Shown: positions 37,899 through 47,920 of the stretch, in pieces
How the letters are laid out: each line of letters begins with the position of its first letter
Numbering within the stretch: the stretch's first letter is position 1
IMG/VR virus record: IMGVR_UViG_3300013109_000180
From: an uncultured virus (IMG/VR IMGVR_UViG_3300013109_000180)
Taxonomy: Duplodnaviria; Heunggongvirae; Uroviricota; Caudoviricetes
DNA: 64,000 bases
Direction: 5' to 3' (one strand)
The notes under the pieces: model-generated
Seen by the model: the letters and a program-made list of their open reading frames with translations, nothing else
The model's database searches: none
Told to the model about the DNA's origin: nothing
Program-made: the position numbers and the translations under genes

Positions 37899-38858
37899 TT
37901 ATTTTTTCTCCATGTCGTTTTTTTGTTTATACCAATTATATGCTGTTTTAACAATTGTGTCAAGATTATATTTTGGTGTCCAATTTAATTCTACGTTTGC
38001 TAGTTCAGGATTTGCAACTAAGGTTGCAGGGTCACCTTCTCTAGCAGGTCCTATTTTAACATTAGGTTTTAGAGGTGTGTTTCTTTTTACTGCTTCTACA
38101 ATTTCTAAATTACTATAACCTTGTTTGTTACCCAAATTAAATATATATGCTCCATTGTTATTTTTTGTATAAGTTATTGCGTTTTCTATTGCTCTTGCCA
38201 CATCTTCTACGTGTATATAATCTCTTACACAAGTTCCATCAGGTGTATTAAAATCTCCACCATTTAATGTGAATTCTTTTCCTTGCATAGTCATTTCTAT
38301 AAGTTTAGCAATAATATGTGTAGCGGCTTTTTCTTGTCCATGTAGCATAAGTGTGTCTGCACCTGCAACATTAAAGAAACGTAAACTAACACTATTCATT
38401 CCATATGCAGTAGCATAATCATTTAACATAATTTCTGTCATACGTTTGCTCCATCCATATGGATTCATAGGTTGGTGTTGTTCAGTTTCTAAACCTACTC
38501 CACCGTTTGGTTCTCCATATACTGCGGCACTACTTGCAAAAACAAAACGTTTAACTCCATTCTTATTACAAGCATCTAGTAGTTTTAGAGTTCCTACTAC
38601 ATTATTATTATAATACTTACTAGGATCTAATACACTAGGTCCTACTAAACTTGTTGCACCAATATGAACAACTGCATCTACATTTTGTAACATAATATCC
38701 ATTACATTATCACTGTAATTACCAATATAAGTTTCTCTACAATATCGATGTTTAATTATATTTCTATCTACACCAGATAGAGTATGTCCTTGTTGATGTA
38801 GGTAGTTACAAGTTTGTGATCCTATATATCCTGATGCTCCTGTTACTAATACTTTCAT
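37899..38858 (-). CDS. galE: UDP-glucose 4-epimerase
   Basis: TGASGYIG, SSAAVYG, YGWSK, LRFFNVAGA, DGTCVRDYIHV. Confidence 0.9.
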   Translation of the reverse strand: MKVLVTGASGYIGSQTCNYLHQQGHTLSGVDRNIIKHRYCRETYIGNYSDNVMDIMLQNVDAVVHIGATSLVGPSVLDPSKYYNNNVVGTLKLLDACNKNGVKRFVFASSAAVYGEPNGGVGLETEQHQPMNPYGWSKRMTEIMLNDYATAYGMNSVSLRFFNVAGADTLMLHGQEKAATHIIAKLIEMTMQGKEFTLNGGDFNTPDGTCVRDYIHVEDVARAIENAITYTKNNNGAYIFNLGNKQGYSNLEIVEAVKRNTPLKPNVKIGPAREGDPATLVANPELANVELNWTPKYNLDTIVKTAYNWYKQKNDMEKK

Positions 38859-40039
38859 TAATATTTTTCCTTTGCTACATGATCTCTATATCTATTTCCA
38901 TTACGTAACCAATTGTTGTGTTTATAACTACCTTCCATAATATCAAGCATACGATCAATAGTACCATTAGTGTGATCACTAATCTTACCCATGTTTTTAC
39001 TTGGTGCTTCAATACCTGTAAGGATTTTGCTTACTGCATCTTCCTTGCTCCAAGGCATATAAAGTCTTGTATGATCGTTTGCAAACGTTTCTGGAAAACT
39101 TCTGTATGCAGGATAAACAACATTACAACCCAATGCATCTGCTTCACTGACAGTATTTGATACCCAGTCTTGCAATGCACAATTAAACATTACTTTAGAA
39201 TCATTAACTACATTATAGTATTCATTCTTTTGTAAGTCTTTTAGGATTGTAAGTTTGCCATCCGCTTCCATTTGTAAGGCTCTATCCAAATACTTTTGAT
39301 TGTTACTACGCAACGGTCCGCCACTTAGTACTGCAAATTCAATATTAGGATTAATAGCCTTCACCATCTCAATAATATCCATGAAGAAGTCTGGTTGCTT
39401 CTCCTGATCAAAACGTGCGGCAAACACCACTCTGTCACTACGTTCTGCCCATGGCTTAACTTGGTTGTTAATTCTGGAGAGCACTTCCCTCTTGCCAAAA
39501 CTTAAACCTGAAATATTATAGATAGGTGCATTCCAATTAGCAATTCTCATATGAGCAACCATTTCTTCGTTTGTTGCTAGTATGTGTACATTTGGTATTT
39601 CGTTACACATACGTTCATACAAACTCATCCACTTACTCATACCCCATACATGAACAAAGTCATCAGGGTCAATTGCTTGTGCTAAACAACGTAAATAAAT
39701 CTTTGGTTGTTGTTCTTTTGGAATTTGACACATAATGTATGGAAGACTTTCAATACCGGGTTGAAACATATCTTCAAAAAATACTACATCTTCTCCTCCG
39801 CACTCTCCGTTACGCATCATTTGTACCAGGTTCATGAGCTGACTCATACCAAAGTATGAACGACCATGTGCGTCTAACACTTGTCCTACTGAAATTGATT
39901 TAGTATTGTCGATAGTTTTACCTGGCACGATTACATAATCTATACCACGTTCTTTAAAAGCCTCTTCACTCCAGTCTTGTAACTGTAATGTGTATCTACC
40001 TTCGTAAGGTTCAAGGCCCATATAAAATAATTTACGCAT
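38858..40039 (-). CDS. GT-B glycosyltransferase (GT4-like)
   Basis: VFAARFDQEKQP, VSEADALGCNVVYP, SFPE; start MRKLFY. Confidence 0.75.
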   Translation of the reverse strand: MRKLFYMGLEPYEGRYTLQLQDWSEEAFKERGIDYVIVPGKTIDNTKSISVGQVLDAHGRSYFGMSQLMNLVQMMRNGECGGEDVVFFEDMFQPGIESLPYIMCQIPKEQQPKIYLRCLAQAIDPDDFVHVWGMSKWMSLYERMCNEIPNVHILATNEEMVAHMRIANWNAPIYNISGLSFGKREVLSRINNQVKPWAERSDRVVFAARFDQEKQPDFFMDIIEMVKAINPNIEFAVLSGGPLRSNNQKYLDRALQMEADGKLTILKDLQKNEYYNVVNDSKVMFNCALQDWVSNTVSEADALGCNVVYPAYRSFPETFANDHTRLYMPWSKEDAVSKILTGIEAPSKNMGKISDHTNGTIDRMLDIMEGSYKHNNWLRNGNRYRDHVAKEKY

Positions 40040-40403
40040 TTGTTTCCTCTTCTTCCTCTTTCTTTGGTAACCAAAGTTTACCAACATGAATTTTTAGTTT
40101 CTTAGGACTTCTGTCCTTTTGCATTTTGATTTGAATATCAAATGTAATTGCATTTTCTTTTTCAGTTGGTGCAATTTCAAAACTATAAACTTTGTAACTT
40201 CTCTTTAGGTCACCCAAATATGATGTAAAAACACTAATAAGTTTATTAGTTTCTACTTCATTATACATATATCCATCATACGGTTGTATAATTTTAAGTA
40301 AATCATATTTAATATCATTAATATTATAATAGCCCATGTTTTTAAAATAATTACCTGAACCTGGGTTACTTACTGGAATATCTTTTTTTTCTTCTTCAGA
40401 CAT
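40032..40403 (-). CDS. Hypothetical protein
   Basis: 123-aa ORF within the cluster. Confidence 0.7.
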   Translation of the reverse strand: MSEEEKKDIPVSNPGSGNYFKNMGYYNINDIKYDLLKIIQPYDGYMYNEVETNKLISVFTSYLGDLKRSYKVYSFEIAPTEKENAITFDIQIKMQKDRSPKKLKIHVGKLWLPKKEEEEETNA

Positions 40404-40408
40404 TTTCG

Positions 40409-40801
40409 TTATCCTTGTTTAGGGTTAAAAGTCATTGTTGCTCCGTTCTCATTATCCTCAGCAACACTAATTGTTATAGAACGTCCTGGATATTTGTTGT
40501 GTATTTCCTGTGCTAATTCCTCTGCAATCATCTCACAACTACGATGATTTAGTTCTAATGTATCTGTAGCATATAATGATTCTAGCCAACGTTTGAATTG
40601 AATAAATTCAATATCTCTATCATCATGGAATACATCAATTGCTACTCGAAAGTGAAAGATGTGCCTGTGTGGTACACCTAAGAATGAAACATCGTCCCAT
40701 TCACCTGTTGCCAACTTTGGATCATCTTTTGCGGCAGGATATAAATGTATACCTTCCTTTTGAAATGTTACCCAAATTTGTCTTTGTGTTACGTTAAGCA
40801 T
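40409..40801 (-). CDS. QueD-like T-fold protein, candidate CDG decarboxylase (DpdL-type)
   Basis: LGVPHRHIF (LxxxHRHxF), DIEFI, SCEMIA, EDNENGA; second QueD paralogue, near dpdA. Confidence 0.65.
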   Translation of the reverse strand: MLNVTQRQIWVTFQKEGIHLYPAAKDDPKLATGEWDDVSFLGVPHRHIFHFRVAIDVFHDDRDIEFIQFKRWLESLYATDTLELNHRSCEMIAEELAQEIHNKYPGRSITISVAEDNENGATMTFNPKQG

Positions 40802-41006
40802 CTGTTTTCTCTTCTTCCTCATCTTCTTGGTCTTTTTCAGCCTTCATTAATTTAAGCATTTCCCATAATTTCCAATCAATTGCTTCAAGGTATTTCATGA
40901 GTTGCTTTACAACTATGTCTGAATCCATTGATGCTGTTTCATCTGTTTTATTATCTACAGACATCTCTTCACCTGTTTCGTCCATTAGACGTATTTTCTT
41001 AGTCAT
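40794..41006 (-). CDS. Hypothetical protein
   Basis: AGGAG RBS upstream of MTKKIRL. Confidence 0.65.
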   Translation of the reverse strand: MTKKIRLMDETGEEMSVDNKTDETASMDSDIVVKQLMKYLEAIDWKLWEMLKLMKAEKDQEDEEEEKTDA

Positions 41007-41541
41007 TTTGCATCTCCTTGTCATTTTTATATTCATCCCAGGTTGTAATACTTTCCTGTGATTTTAGTTGTTGTACAGGGTGAACCCATACACCGTTGTT
41101 ACTAAATTTAAAATCTCTATCATCGAGTTTAAGTCTAGCATTTTCATTTAGTTGATCAATGTTTGGTAGTTTAGCACTAATCATACTAATAAATTTTTCA
41201 TACTTATTAAATCCTTGTTCTAATACCCATGAATGATATTTTAGATCATAATCTAAAGTAATCCAAAAACCTTCTTCTCTTAATTTATTAAATAGATTAT
41301 TCCATCCTCTAAATTGTTCTGGTGTCGCTACACCTGAAGCGTCTTTGTCGTCTAACCAAAAACTTTGATTAGCTCCTAGATATACATGATGTATGCCATT
41401 ATACTTTGCATTGGCTACAACATCATTAGGGTCAAGCATACCATTAACAAATAATGTTTTCATATGCAAGGCAGGAGTTTTTTCAACTTCGTTGCCGATA
41501 AAATACTTTGTATCTCCTTGTACACCTATATCTCTTTTCAT
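40999..41541 (-). CDS. Hypothetical phage protein
   Basis: 180-aa ORF; HVYLGANQSF, GVWVH. Confidence 0.75.
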   Translation of the reverse strand: MKRDIGVQGDTKYFIGNEVEKTPALHMKTLFVNGMLDPNDVVANAKYNGIHHVYLGANQSFWLDDKDASGVATPEQFRGWNNLFNKLREEGFWITLDYDLKYHSWVLEQGFNKYEKFISMISAKLPNIDQLNENARLKLDDRDFKFSNNGVWVHPVQQLKSQESITTWDEYKNDKEMQND

Positions 41542-41544
41542 AAT

Positions 41545-41745
41545 CTAATCTTTCATTCCTGCTATTTCTGTTTCTAAACTTGCGATTTCTTGTTTTAACA
41601 TTAACTTATCAAATTTCATTTGCCTAATTTTCTCATCTGGATGCATTTGATTATAAAAAGCTGTTATTTGTTCATCTAAGTTTCTATGTTTCTCAATCAA
41701 ATGTTCTAAATGTCTTTTTTTACTGTTAACTGTACCACTTCCCAT
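41545..41745 (-). CDS. DUF465/YdcH-like small coiled-coil protein
   Basis: HRNLDEQI...MKFDKLMLKQEI. Confidence 0.65.
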   Translation of the reverse strand: MGSGTVNSKKRHLEHLIEKHRNLDEQITAFYNQMHPDEKIRQMKFDKLMLKQEIASLETEIAGMKD

Positions 41746-41761
41746 AATAATCTCTCCTTGT

Positions 41762-43255
41762 TTATAGGTGTTCTAAGAAATCCTCCGCCGCTTCTACTTG
41801 TTCCGCCGTGTACTCACCGTCGGATTCCTCTTGAATGTTATCGCCCGAATCAAACAAACTATCAAATGCACCTTGTGATGTTTTGATGGATTTCATTCCA
41901 CTAAAGTTTGTTAGCATTGCTTCACCTTCGTTAAGCAATTGCATAGGCGTTTCGCTCTTAAATAATTTGTTAATGAATTCTGTAACATAAATTACATCAC
42001 GTGGAACCCATAAGTCAAATTCTTGTTGTTTCGCTTTTACTTTACTCCATTCTAAATGGTTTGGCTTATATCTTGTACATGCAATATCAGATAATGCATT
42101 AGCACGTTGTACACTTTCAATATGTTGATAAACGTTATGTGCCATTAGCAAGAAGTATGAGAAACTATCCCAACTAGTCTTGCCTTCCTTGCCAATTTTA
42201 TTAAGCATACCTGGTCCCATATAACAAATGTCTCCCATTGTCATACGTTGCCCAATAGGACTATTAAATGGAAAAGGTATATTACTATATTGTAAACGTT
42301 TATCATCTACTGCTTGTTCCATAACATTACTAAACTTATCGTTTCTATGTACATGCTGACTGTATGCTTGTCCTTTGGCTGTTGTAAGAAAAGGACTAGC
42401 CGCATCATATGATACCATCATATTTGGATTAATAGTTTCTCTAATATTACGTTGTATGGCTGTAAAAATACACGCCCAATTTAATTTACTTGTTCCTAGA
42501 TAGTGAATTAAATCTCTACCTGGGTCAAGCATCTTCTCATCTCTTAATACAATAAGCCTACGCAATGCAAGATGTAACTGCTTCATATTATAACCAGCCA
42601 TTGCCCATCCTTCAAACTGATAGTTCTTAACTGCATTATACCAATCGTCTGCTTGTTGTTCGTTGTTTCCTTGTAATACATTTAAAAACTTTGTATTACC
42701 TGTTCTGTGTCTTACAAAGTAATCATTATTATGAATTGTATAATCTAAGCAATCTATCCAATCTCTTAATCCTGTCTTTGCATTCAACGGTGGAGCCGCG
42801 GCAAGTGTTGGTACATCTAGTATCATACTATAATCACACGTATGTTCTAACCAGTTAAGCATTGTTTTACGTAGATCATCATTTGTTTTAAAGTTTTCCC
42901 AATCACACTGAATTACACCAGTAGCAATTTGATATCCGCCACTGTCGCCGAGAATAAAACTAGTTTCTCTATCACGTTTTTGGATCATTGGCTCTTGCAC
43001 ATCACTTTTCGCTGTATCGCGAGTAGCATGACCTGCAGAGTATAATCCCCATTTGTAATGATAGTAACTATTTTTTGGTTTTAAAAAGTCAAAGCCATCT
43101 ATCCCAAATTCAAATCCTTTAGGCATACGTTCAGGCTTAACAAAGTCTGGACGCTTTTGTGCTTGGGCTATAAACTTTGAATAAAAACTACTGATACTCG
43201 GTAAGAATACACTGTAGTCTTTATTGCTTTCTGTTAAGTTTTTTATGTCTGCCAC
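41762..43255 (-). CDS. dpdA: Guanine transglycosylase (TGT fold), DpdA-type
   Basis: LGDSGGYQ, MILDVP, LNVLQG, HYLG, SYDAASP; no obvious Cys-rich tRNA-TGT zinc site; folE/queD/queE context. Confidence 0.75.
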   Translation of the reverse strand: MADIKNLTESNKDYSVFLPSISSFYSKFIAQAQKRPDFVKPERMPKGFEFGIDGFDFLKPKNSYYHYKWGLYSAGHATRDTAKSDVQEPMIQKRDRETSFILGDSGGYQIATGVIQCDWENFKTNDDLRKTMLNWLEHTCDYSMILDVPTLAAAPPLNAKTGLRDWIDCLDYTIHNNDYFVRHRTGNTKFLNVLQGNNEQQADDWYNAVKNYQFEGWAMAGYNMKQLHLALRRLIVLRDEKMLDPGRDLIHYLGTSKLNWACIFTAIQRNIRETINPNMMVSYDAASPFLTTAKGQAYSQHVHRNDKFSNVMEQAVDDKRLQYSNIPFPFNSPIGQRMTMGDICYMGPGMLNKIGKEGKTSWDSFSYFLLMAHNVYQHIESVQRANALSDIACTRYKPNHLEWSKVKAKQQEFDLWVPRDVIYVTEFINKLFKSETPMQLLNEGEAMLTNFSGMKSIKTSQGAFDSLFDSGDNIQEESDGEYTAEQVEAAEDFLEHL

Positions 43256-43267
43256 GTCGTCTTTATC

Positions 43268-44020
43268 CTATACTGTTAGTGCTGGTAAAATATAATCATA
43301 CTTGCCAATGCCAGAATCAACTGAAATTAACAATGCACCTTTCTTACTAATTTGCATTACACACGTTCCACTCATTCCAAGTCTTAAAATTGCTAGTACT
43401 TGGTTTAATGGCCATGCATAACCTTCTGTGATTTCACCATTTACATTTTGTGCAAATGTACGTTTACCTGTAAAACTACCATCAGCGGCACCAACAGTAA
43501 TAATAAGGTTTGCATCTTTATCAGTTTTAACTGTAAAGTTTGGTTCAATACCACCATATATTCCTGCTACTGCTTGTAATTCATTTACTTTTGCTTTAGT
43601 TGGCTCAAGTGTTACATCCCATTCAACACCTTTGAACTTAACTGTTTGTAAAGTTTGTTCAATAATTTCTTTGCTCATAAAACGATATTGGTCTGTGTTA
43701 CCTTCAACATCTCTGAACATCAAATGATCTGGACTTGCAACTCCATTACGTTCACGTGATACAACTTCTACTGTTGAATCATCTGTTTGATAGTTTGGTA
43801 ATGCTGTAACACCTGCTAAAAATCCAAGGTTACCAAGTCCAAATTCACCTTTGAACTCGTCTACTGTGTTGTGTAGTTTAGCCTGTAAAATCACTGTACG
43901 ATCTGCATCCATTGCATCTAGTGTCGTGCTTTCGTCTGTACCTGTTACTTTTACTGATGTAATAAAGCCTAGGCCGGCTGTGTGCTTGACAATGTCTTGC
44001 ACTATATCTCTTGTACTCAT
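43268..44020 (-). CDS. Putative DNA sliding-clamp-like protein
   Basis: About 250 aa, beta-rich two-domain pattern ending YDYILPA, reminiscent of PCNA/gp45. Confidence 0.55.
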   Translation of the reverse strand: MSTRDIVQDIVKHTAGLGFITSVKVTGTDESTTLDAMDADRTVILQAKLHNTVDEFKGEFGLGNLGFLAGVTALPNYQTDDSTVEVVSRERNGVASPDHLMFRDVEGNTDQYRFMSKEIIEQTLQTVKFKGVEWDVTLEPTKAKVNELQAVAGIYGGIEPNFTVKTDKDANLIITVGAADGSFTGKRTFAQNVNGEITEGYAWPLNQVLAILRLGMSGTCVMQISKKGALLISVDSGIGKYDYILPALTV

Positions 44021-44047
44021 ATACTTTCTCCTGTGTTTAGTTACTTT

Positions 44048-44076
44048 ATTGTATAATAGTATTTAGAAAATGTCAA
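44048..44076 (-). promoter_or_regulatory. Sigma70-type promoter with nested TAAATA motif
   Basis: TTGACA-17bp-TACAAT; TAAATA at 44060-44065. Confidence 0.75.
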
Positions 44077-44128
44077 CAAAAACATTGATTTATGAGTTTA
44101 AAATTGATGTTTCTAATACTTCTCAAGT

Positions 44129-44668
44129 CTACCTTATGGTTAAACCTAATTCTTTTATTGTTTGCTGTACACACATTGCTTGTACTTTACAATCTTCTAA
44201 TGCATTGTGTGCCGAAAAGTTTATTTCTTTACGTGGGTCTTTTGGCATAATACTAAACAGTGTTCTACTATCTTTAATTTTCCAAAAAGCCCAAGGTATA
44301 TGATGATCATATTGTCTATATAAATTTTCCAATATACATATATCAAATGCAGGACCTTGACACCAAAAAGCATCAACTCCTACGCACCACTTGTTTAATG
44401 CTTGAAGTACTTCTATTACAGGTGTACGATTCCCGTCACCTAGGGCTTCTTCACGCACTGCTTCATCTTGTTTACCCCACCACTCAAGTGTACTTTCTAA
44501 AGTAGTCCTACCTTTATCTAATTGTTCATTTACTTCAAATCTATAATAAAATTCTTGTGTTGGTTTATGAATAAGATTAGGATCAAACTTAACACCACCA
44601 ATTGTTAGTACTGCACAATCTGGTGTAGTGCCTAGTGTTTCTAAATCTATCATTGCGTGTGTTGTCAT
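44129..44668 (-). CDS. DEDDh 3'-5' exonuclease
   Basis: MIDLETLG, GPAFD, DSRT, HNALED. Confidence 0.9.
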   Translation of the reverse strand: MTTHAMIDLETLGTTPDCAVLTIGGVKFDPNLIHKPTQEFYYRFEVNEQLDKGRTTLESTLEWWGKQDEAVREEALGDGNRTPVIEVLQALNKWCVGVDAFWCQGPAFDICILENLYRQYDHHIPWAFWKIKDSRTLFSIMPKDPRKEINFSAHNALEDCKVQAMCVQQTIKELGLTIR

Positions 44669-45168
44669 TATAAGTTTAATCCATCCCAACTTACGTCCCA
44701 TTTAGATACACCATTTGTCATAGCCTCATCCCATTTTATTATTCTTAATTTATTTAAGCATAGTTTAAATGCTTCTAGGTCAGATGTTTCTATTGCACCA
44801 ATAATGTATTGCATAGCGAATGCTTTGGGTATGCATCGCCCTTCGTCTAATAGATATTGTTTGATTGATTGTTTATCCTCGTTGGGATGATTGTATATGT
44901 ATCTGGCTATATTATAATATGTATCTTGCACAAAATGAGTATCATCAAAATTTCTTCCCATTGTAGCTCTATTTGATTCATTGGTTAATACATATTTGTC
45001 AGTATGTAATGAATAAAAGTTTACATTCCATGGAAATGGTTTGTCAAACCTTGCACATTGCTTTGATATTCTAGTTACATAGAATGATACTAGCATATAG
45101 TTATAATATGCTGACCATTTAAAATAGTCTTTAGCAAATTGCTCGCCGTTTAAGTTCATGTCAATCAT
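44668..45168 (-). CDS. Hypothetical protein
   Basis: 166-aa ORF after a promoter. Confidence 0.7.
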   Translation of the reverse strand: MIDMNLNGEQFAKDYFKWSAYYNYMLVSFYVTRISKQCARFDKPFPWNVNFYSLHTDKYVLTNESNRATMGRNFDDTHFVQDTYYNIARYIYNHPNEDKQSIKQYLLDEGRCIPKAFAMQYIIGAIETSDLEAFKLCLNKLRIIKWDEAMTNGVSKWDVSWDGLNL

Positions 45169-45214
45169 TGTGGGATTTTCTCCGATTGATTGGTTAATTG
45201 TTGTTTTATTAGTT

Positions 45215-45243
45215 ATTATAGCAAGGAAATTAGGTTAAGTCAA
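45215..45243 (-). promoter_or_regulatory. Sigma70-type promoter
   Basis: TTGACT-17bp-TATAAT with an extended TG. Confidence 0.75.
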
Positions 45244-45262
45244 CCTATATAAGTGCTTATAT

Positions 45263-46426
45263 TTAAGGGATCTTGTTATAAAACTCTTCAAATTCAGGAA
45301 ATGCATCTACGAAACTATTTTTATGCCATGCATCATGTTGCATCATTGTCTTTTTTTGTTCGCTAAGTTCTGCCCAATTAATTCTTGATTTAGTATTTAA
45401 GAATGCATCCTGTATTTCTGGATATTCTTTCCAATGTTCAACTAAAGCATCAAGGTGATGCTGTGGTAACTGTGATATTCTTAATCCTTTTGGATCCATG
45501 ATAAAGGTATAACCGTGATCTATACCATTGTCTTTCATTAAATCAAATGCTTTTTTTGCCGCATATGCAGTTGGCCATGATAATACAGTTCTAATTCCTA
45601 TTCCTGTATTACGTTTATTCTCTTTTACATATTTGTTTATCTCAAGAGTATTTTTCCATACAATATTCCATGTGCCTTTATGTCGCCAATAGTTATGTTG
45701 ATCGCCTATAGCCTCTATACTTATAAAAAATGCTTTGTACTTTATTCCTTCTAAATATTCAAATAGATTATCTTTTTCTCTATGTAATAAACTACCGTTA
45801 GTTGTAATACGTACATTTATATTTTTTCCTATATCGCGTTTTTTTATTTCTTCTAAAATGATATACATTGAGTCCATTAACATAGGCTCGCCACCTAAGA
45901 AATGTATTATTTTAACTTCATCTAATCTATCTAAATACATTTGTAAATGATGTTGATTTTTTCTTACTCCATCTTTTGGAAATTGTTTGTTATCACCATC
46001 AATCCAATTTCTTATTACAGCATGTGTGCTACTTAAATCGTGTCCACACATTTTACAACTAAAATTACACAGATTACTTTCTCTATAATCCATATGTACT
46101 AACATAAATTTATTTAGATCTATTGGTTGTCTATCTTCTACTAACTTATCAAGATATTGCCTATGTGAGAATGCTCCTAATCTTTCATTATTAACACAAT
46201 GGGTACACCCAGGTATATTTGTAATAGGTCCTTCCATCATTTTCTTTCGCAGTGCTTGTGAGTTAGAATGATTAAATCTATCTTCAAATGATAGATGCTT
46301 TTTTGAATGCATGATGTGGTCAACATCTTCTCCTCTATCCCATTCACAACAAGGAGTTATATCTCCATTAGACCATTCATATGTGGTAACCCATGGAGCA
46401 TAACAAGCTGGTCTTTTATTATTCAT
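45263..46426 (-). CDS. Radical SAM protein with N-terminal twitch-like domain
   Basis: CYAPW...TPCC...CTHC; CNFSCKMC; LGGEP. Confidence 0.9.
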   Translation of the reverse strand: MNNKRPACYAPWVTTYEWSNGDITPCCEWDRGEDVDHIMHSKKHLSFEDRFNHSNSQALRKKMMEGPITNIPGCTHCVNNERLGAFSHRQYLDKLVEDRQPIDLNKFMLVHMDYRESNLCNFSCKMCGHDLSSTHAVIRNWIDGDNKQFPKDGVRKNQHHLQMYLDRLDEVKIIHFLGGEPMLMDSMYIILEEIKKRDIGKNINVRITTNGSLLHREKDNLFEYLEGIKYKAFFISIEAIGDQHNYWRHKGTWNIVWKNTLEINKYVKENKRNTGIGIRTVLSWPTAYAAKKAFDLMKDNGIDHGYTFIMDPKGLRISQLPQHHLDALVEHWKEYPEIQDAFLNTKSRINWAELSEQKKTMMQHDAWHKNSFVDAFPEFEEFYNKIP

Positions 46427-47616
46427 TACATATCTTCTATATTGTTATAAAAATCTTCAAATTCAGGAAAGGCCTTTACAAAACTGTTTCCATGCCATGC
46501 ATCATGTTTCTTAAATATATCTTTTTTTACCCACATTAATTCTCTTATATTAGGGTTAGATATAGTATTTTTAAACATTTTTGCTACATCTGGATAATCC
46601 TTCCACCAAACGGATAAATCATCTAATCTGTCTTGAGGCAATTGTGTAAGACTTAATCCTCTTGGAATATTAACTAAATTCCATACATGAATTACTTTGC
46701 CATTGCCTAACTTATCAGCAAATATATCAAATGTCTTTCTGGCAGCATATGCATTTGGCCAACCAATAGCAGTTCTTATTTTCATATTTGCACCGTCTTG
46801 AGAGTGTACCCATTTTTCTATTTCACGTGTGTTTTTCCATACTATATTCCATGTACCTTTGTGCCTCCAATAATTATGTTGATCTCCCATACAATCAATG
46901 CTTATTGCAATTTGTACAGCATCAAATCCTTTACATAATTCTAATAAACTATCGTTATCTTTATGCAGTAAACTACCATTGGTTGTAATATTCATGCAAA
47001 TCTGATGCTGTAGGTTACGCTTTTTTATTTCTTTTAGAATAATATACATTGAATCAGTTAATACTGGTTCACCACCTAAGAATTGAACATATTTCACTTC
47101 ATCTAATCTATCTAAGTACATTTGTAATTTATGAGGACTTTTTATTATACCTGTCTTGCCATATTTTCCTTGTATCTTTGCGTGTGTACTGCTCAAATCC
47201 TCACCACACATTTTGCAACTAAAGTTACAAAGGTTACTCTCTCTATAATCTAACCATAGCAACTTAAATTCATCAGGGTTAAATTTATATGATGAGTTTT
47301 GTTCAGCTCTTTCGACTACATCAGTAACGGCTAGCCTCATTGAGTCCTTCATTCCTGCTTTTTCAAATACTTTACATTGGTTGCAACCAGTCGGGAGGGC
47401 ATCAATATCATTTTTATCACAAGTTAATAATTGTGTTCTTAATGCTTTCATTTTGGGATGATTAAAGCTATCCTCTAATGACATATTTTCTGTTGTTTTG
47501 ATTTTCGTATTAGGATCAAACTCACAGCAAGGAGTTATATCTCCATTTCCCCAGTCATATCGAGTAACCCATGGAACATAACAAGCTGGTTTTTTATTAT
47601 CTAAATCTTTGTTCAT
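46426..47616 (-). CDS. Radical SAM protein with N-terminal twitch-like domain (tandem paralogue of 45263-46426)
   Basis: CYVPW...TPCC...CNQC; CNFSCKMC; LGGEP. Confidence 0.9.
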   Translation of the reverse strand: MNKDLDNKKPACYVPWVTRYDWGNGDITPCCEFDPNTKIKTTENMSLEDSFNHPKMKALRTQLLTCDKNDIDALPTGCNQCKVFEKAGMKDSMRLAVTDVVERAEQNSSYKFNPDEFKLLWLDYRESNLCNFSCKMCGEDLSSTHAKIQGKYGKTGIIKSPHKLQMYLDRLDEVKYVQFLGGEPVLTDSMYIILKEIKKRNLQHQICMNITTNGSLLHKDNDSLLELCKGFDAVQIAISIDCMGDQHNYWRHKGTWNIVWKNTREIEKWVHSQDGANMKIRTAIGWPNAYAARKTFDIFADKLGNGKVIHVWNLVNIPRGLSLTQLPQDRLDDLSVWWKDYPDVAKMFKNTISNPNIRELMWVKKDIFKKHDAWHGNSFVKAFPEFEDFYNNIEDM

Positions 47617-47920
47617 GTGTGCTTTTTTCTGGACTAATTTCATCTATAACTTCTTGTTTTGATGTACCTACTGCTTGTAAAGCCTCCTCGCAGGCTGATG
47701 GAAGTTTAGGTCCATTATAGATATTATCATATGAATCCCAAAAAGCAGTTCGAATGTCTTCTGATACTTCTCTTTCAATCATAACTTTTGATAGTTTGGG
47801 TTTAAGATTCTTAAGTTTAGGTATATCATTTTCACATACCTGTACTAGTCCGCCTGCTATACTTCCAACAAACATAGCAGAAAGTACATTTGGAATTGCA
47901 CTAAGAAACAGCTCAATCAT
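47597..47920 (-). CDS. Hypothetical protein with hydrophobic N-terminus
   Basis: Coupled ORF between radical SAM genes. Confidence 0.65.
   Translation of the reverse strand: MIELFLSAIPNVLSAMFVGSIAGGLVQVCENDIPKLKNLKPKLSKVMIEREVSEDIRTAFWDSYDNIYNGPKLPSACEEALQAVGTSKQEVIDEISPEKSTHEQRFR

Noticed and set aside
41762..43255. Canonical tRNA-guanine transglycosylase for queuosine
   Set aside because: It lacks the CxCxxC zinc motif of bacterial Tgt, and no queA/queF/queC is in the window; a DNA-acting DpdA fits better, though this is unproven.
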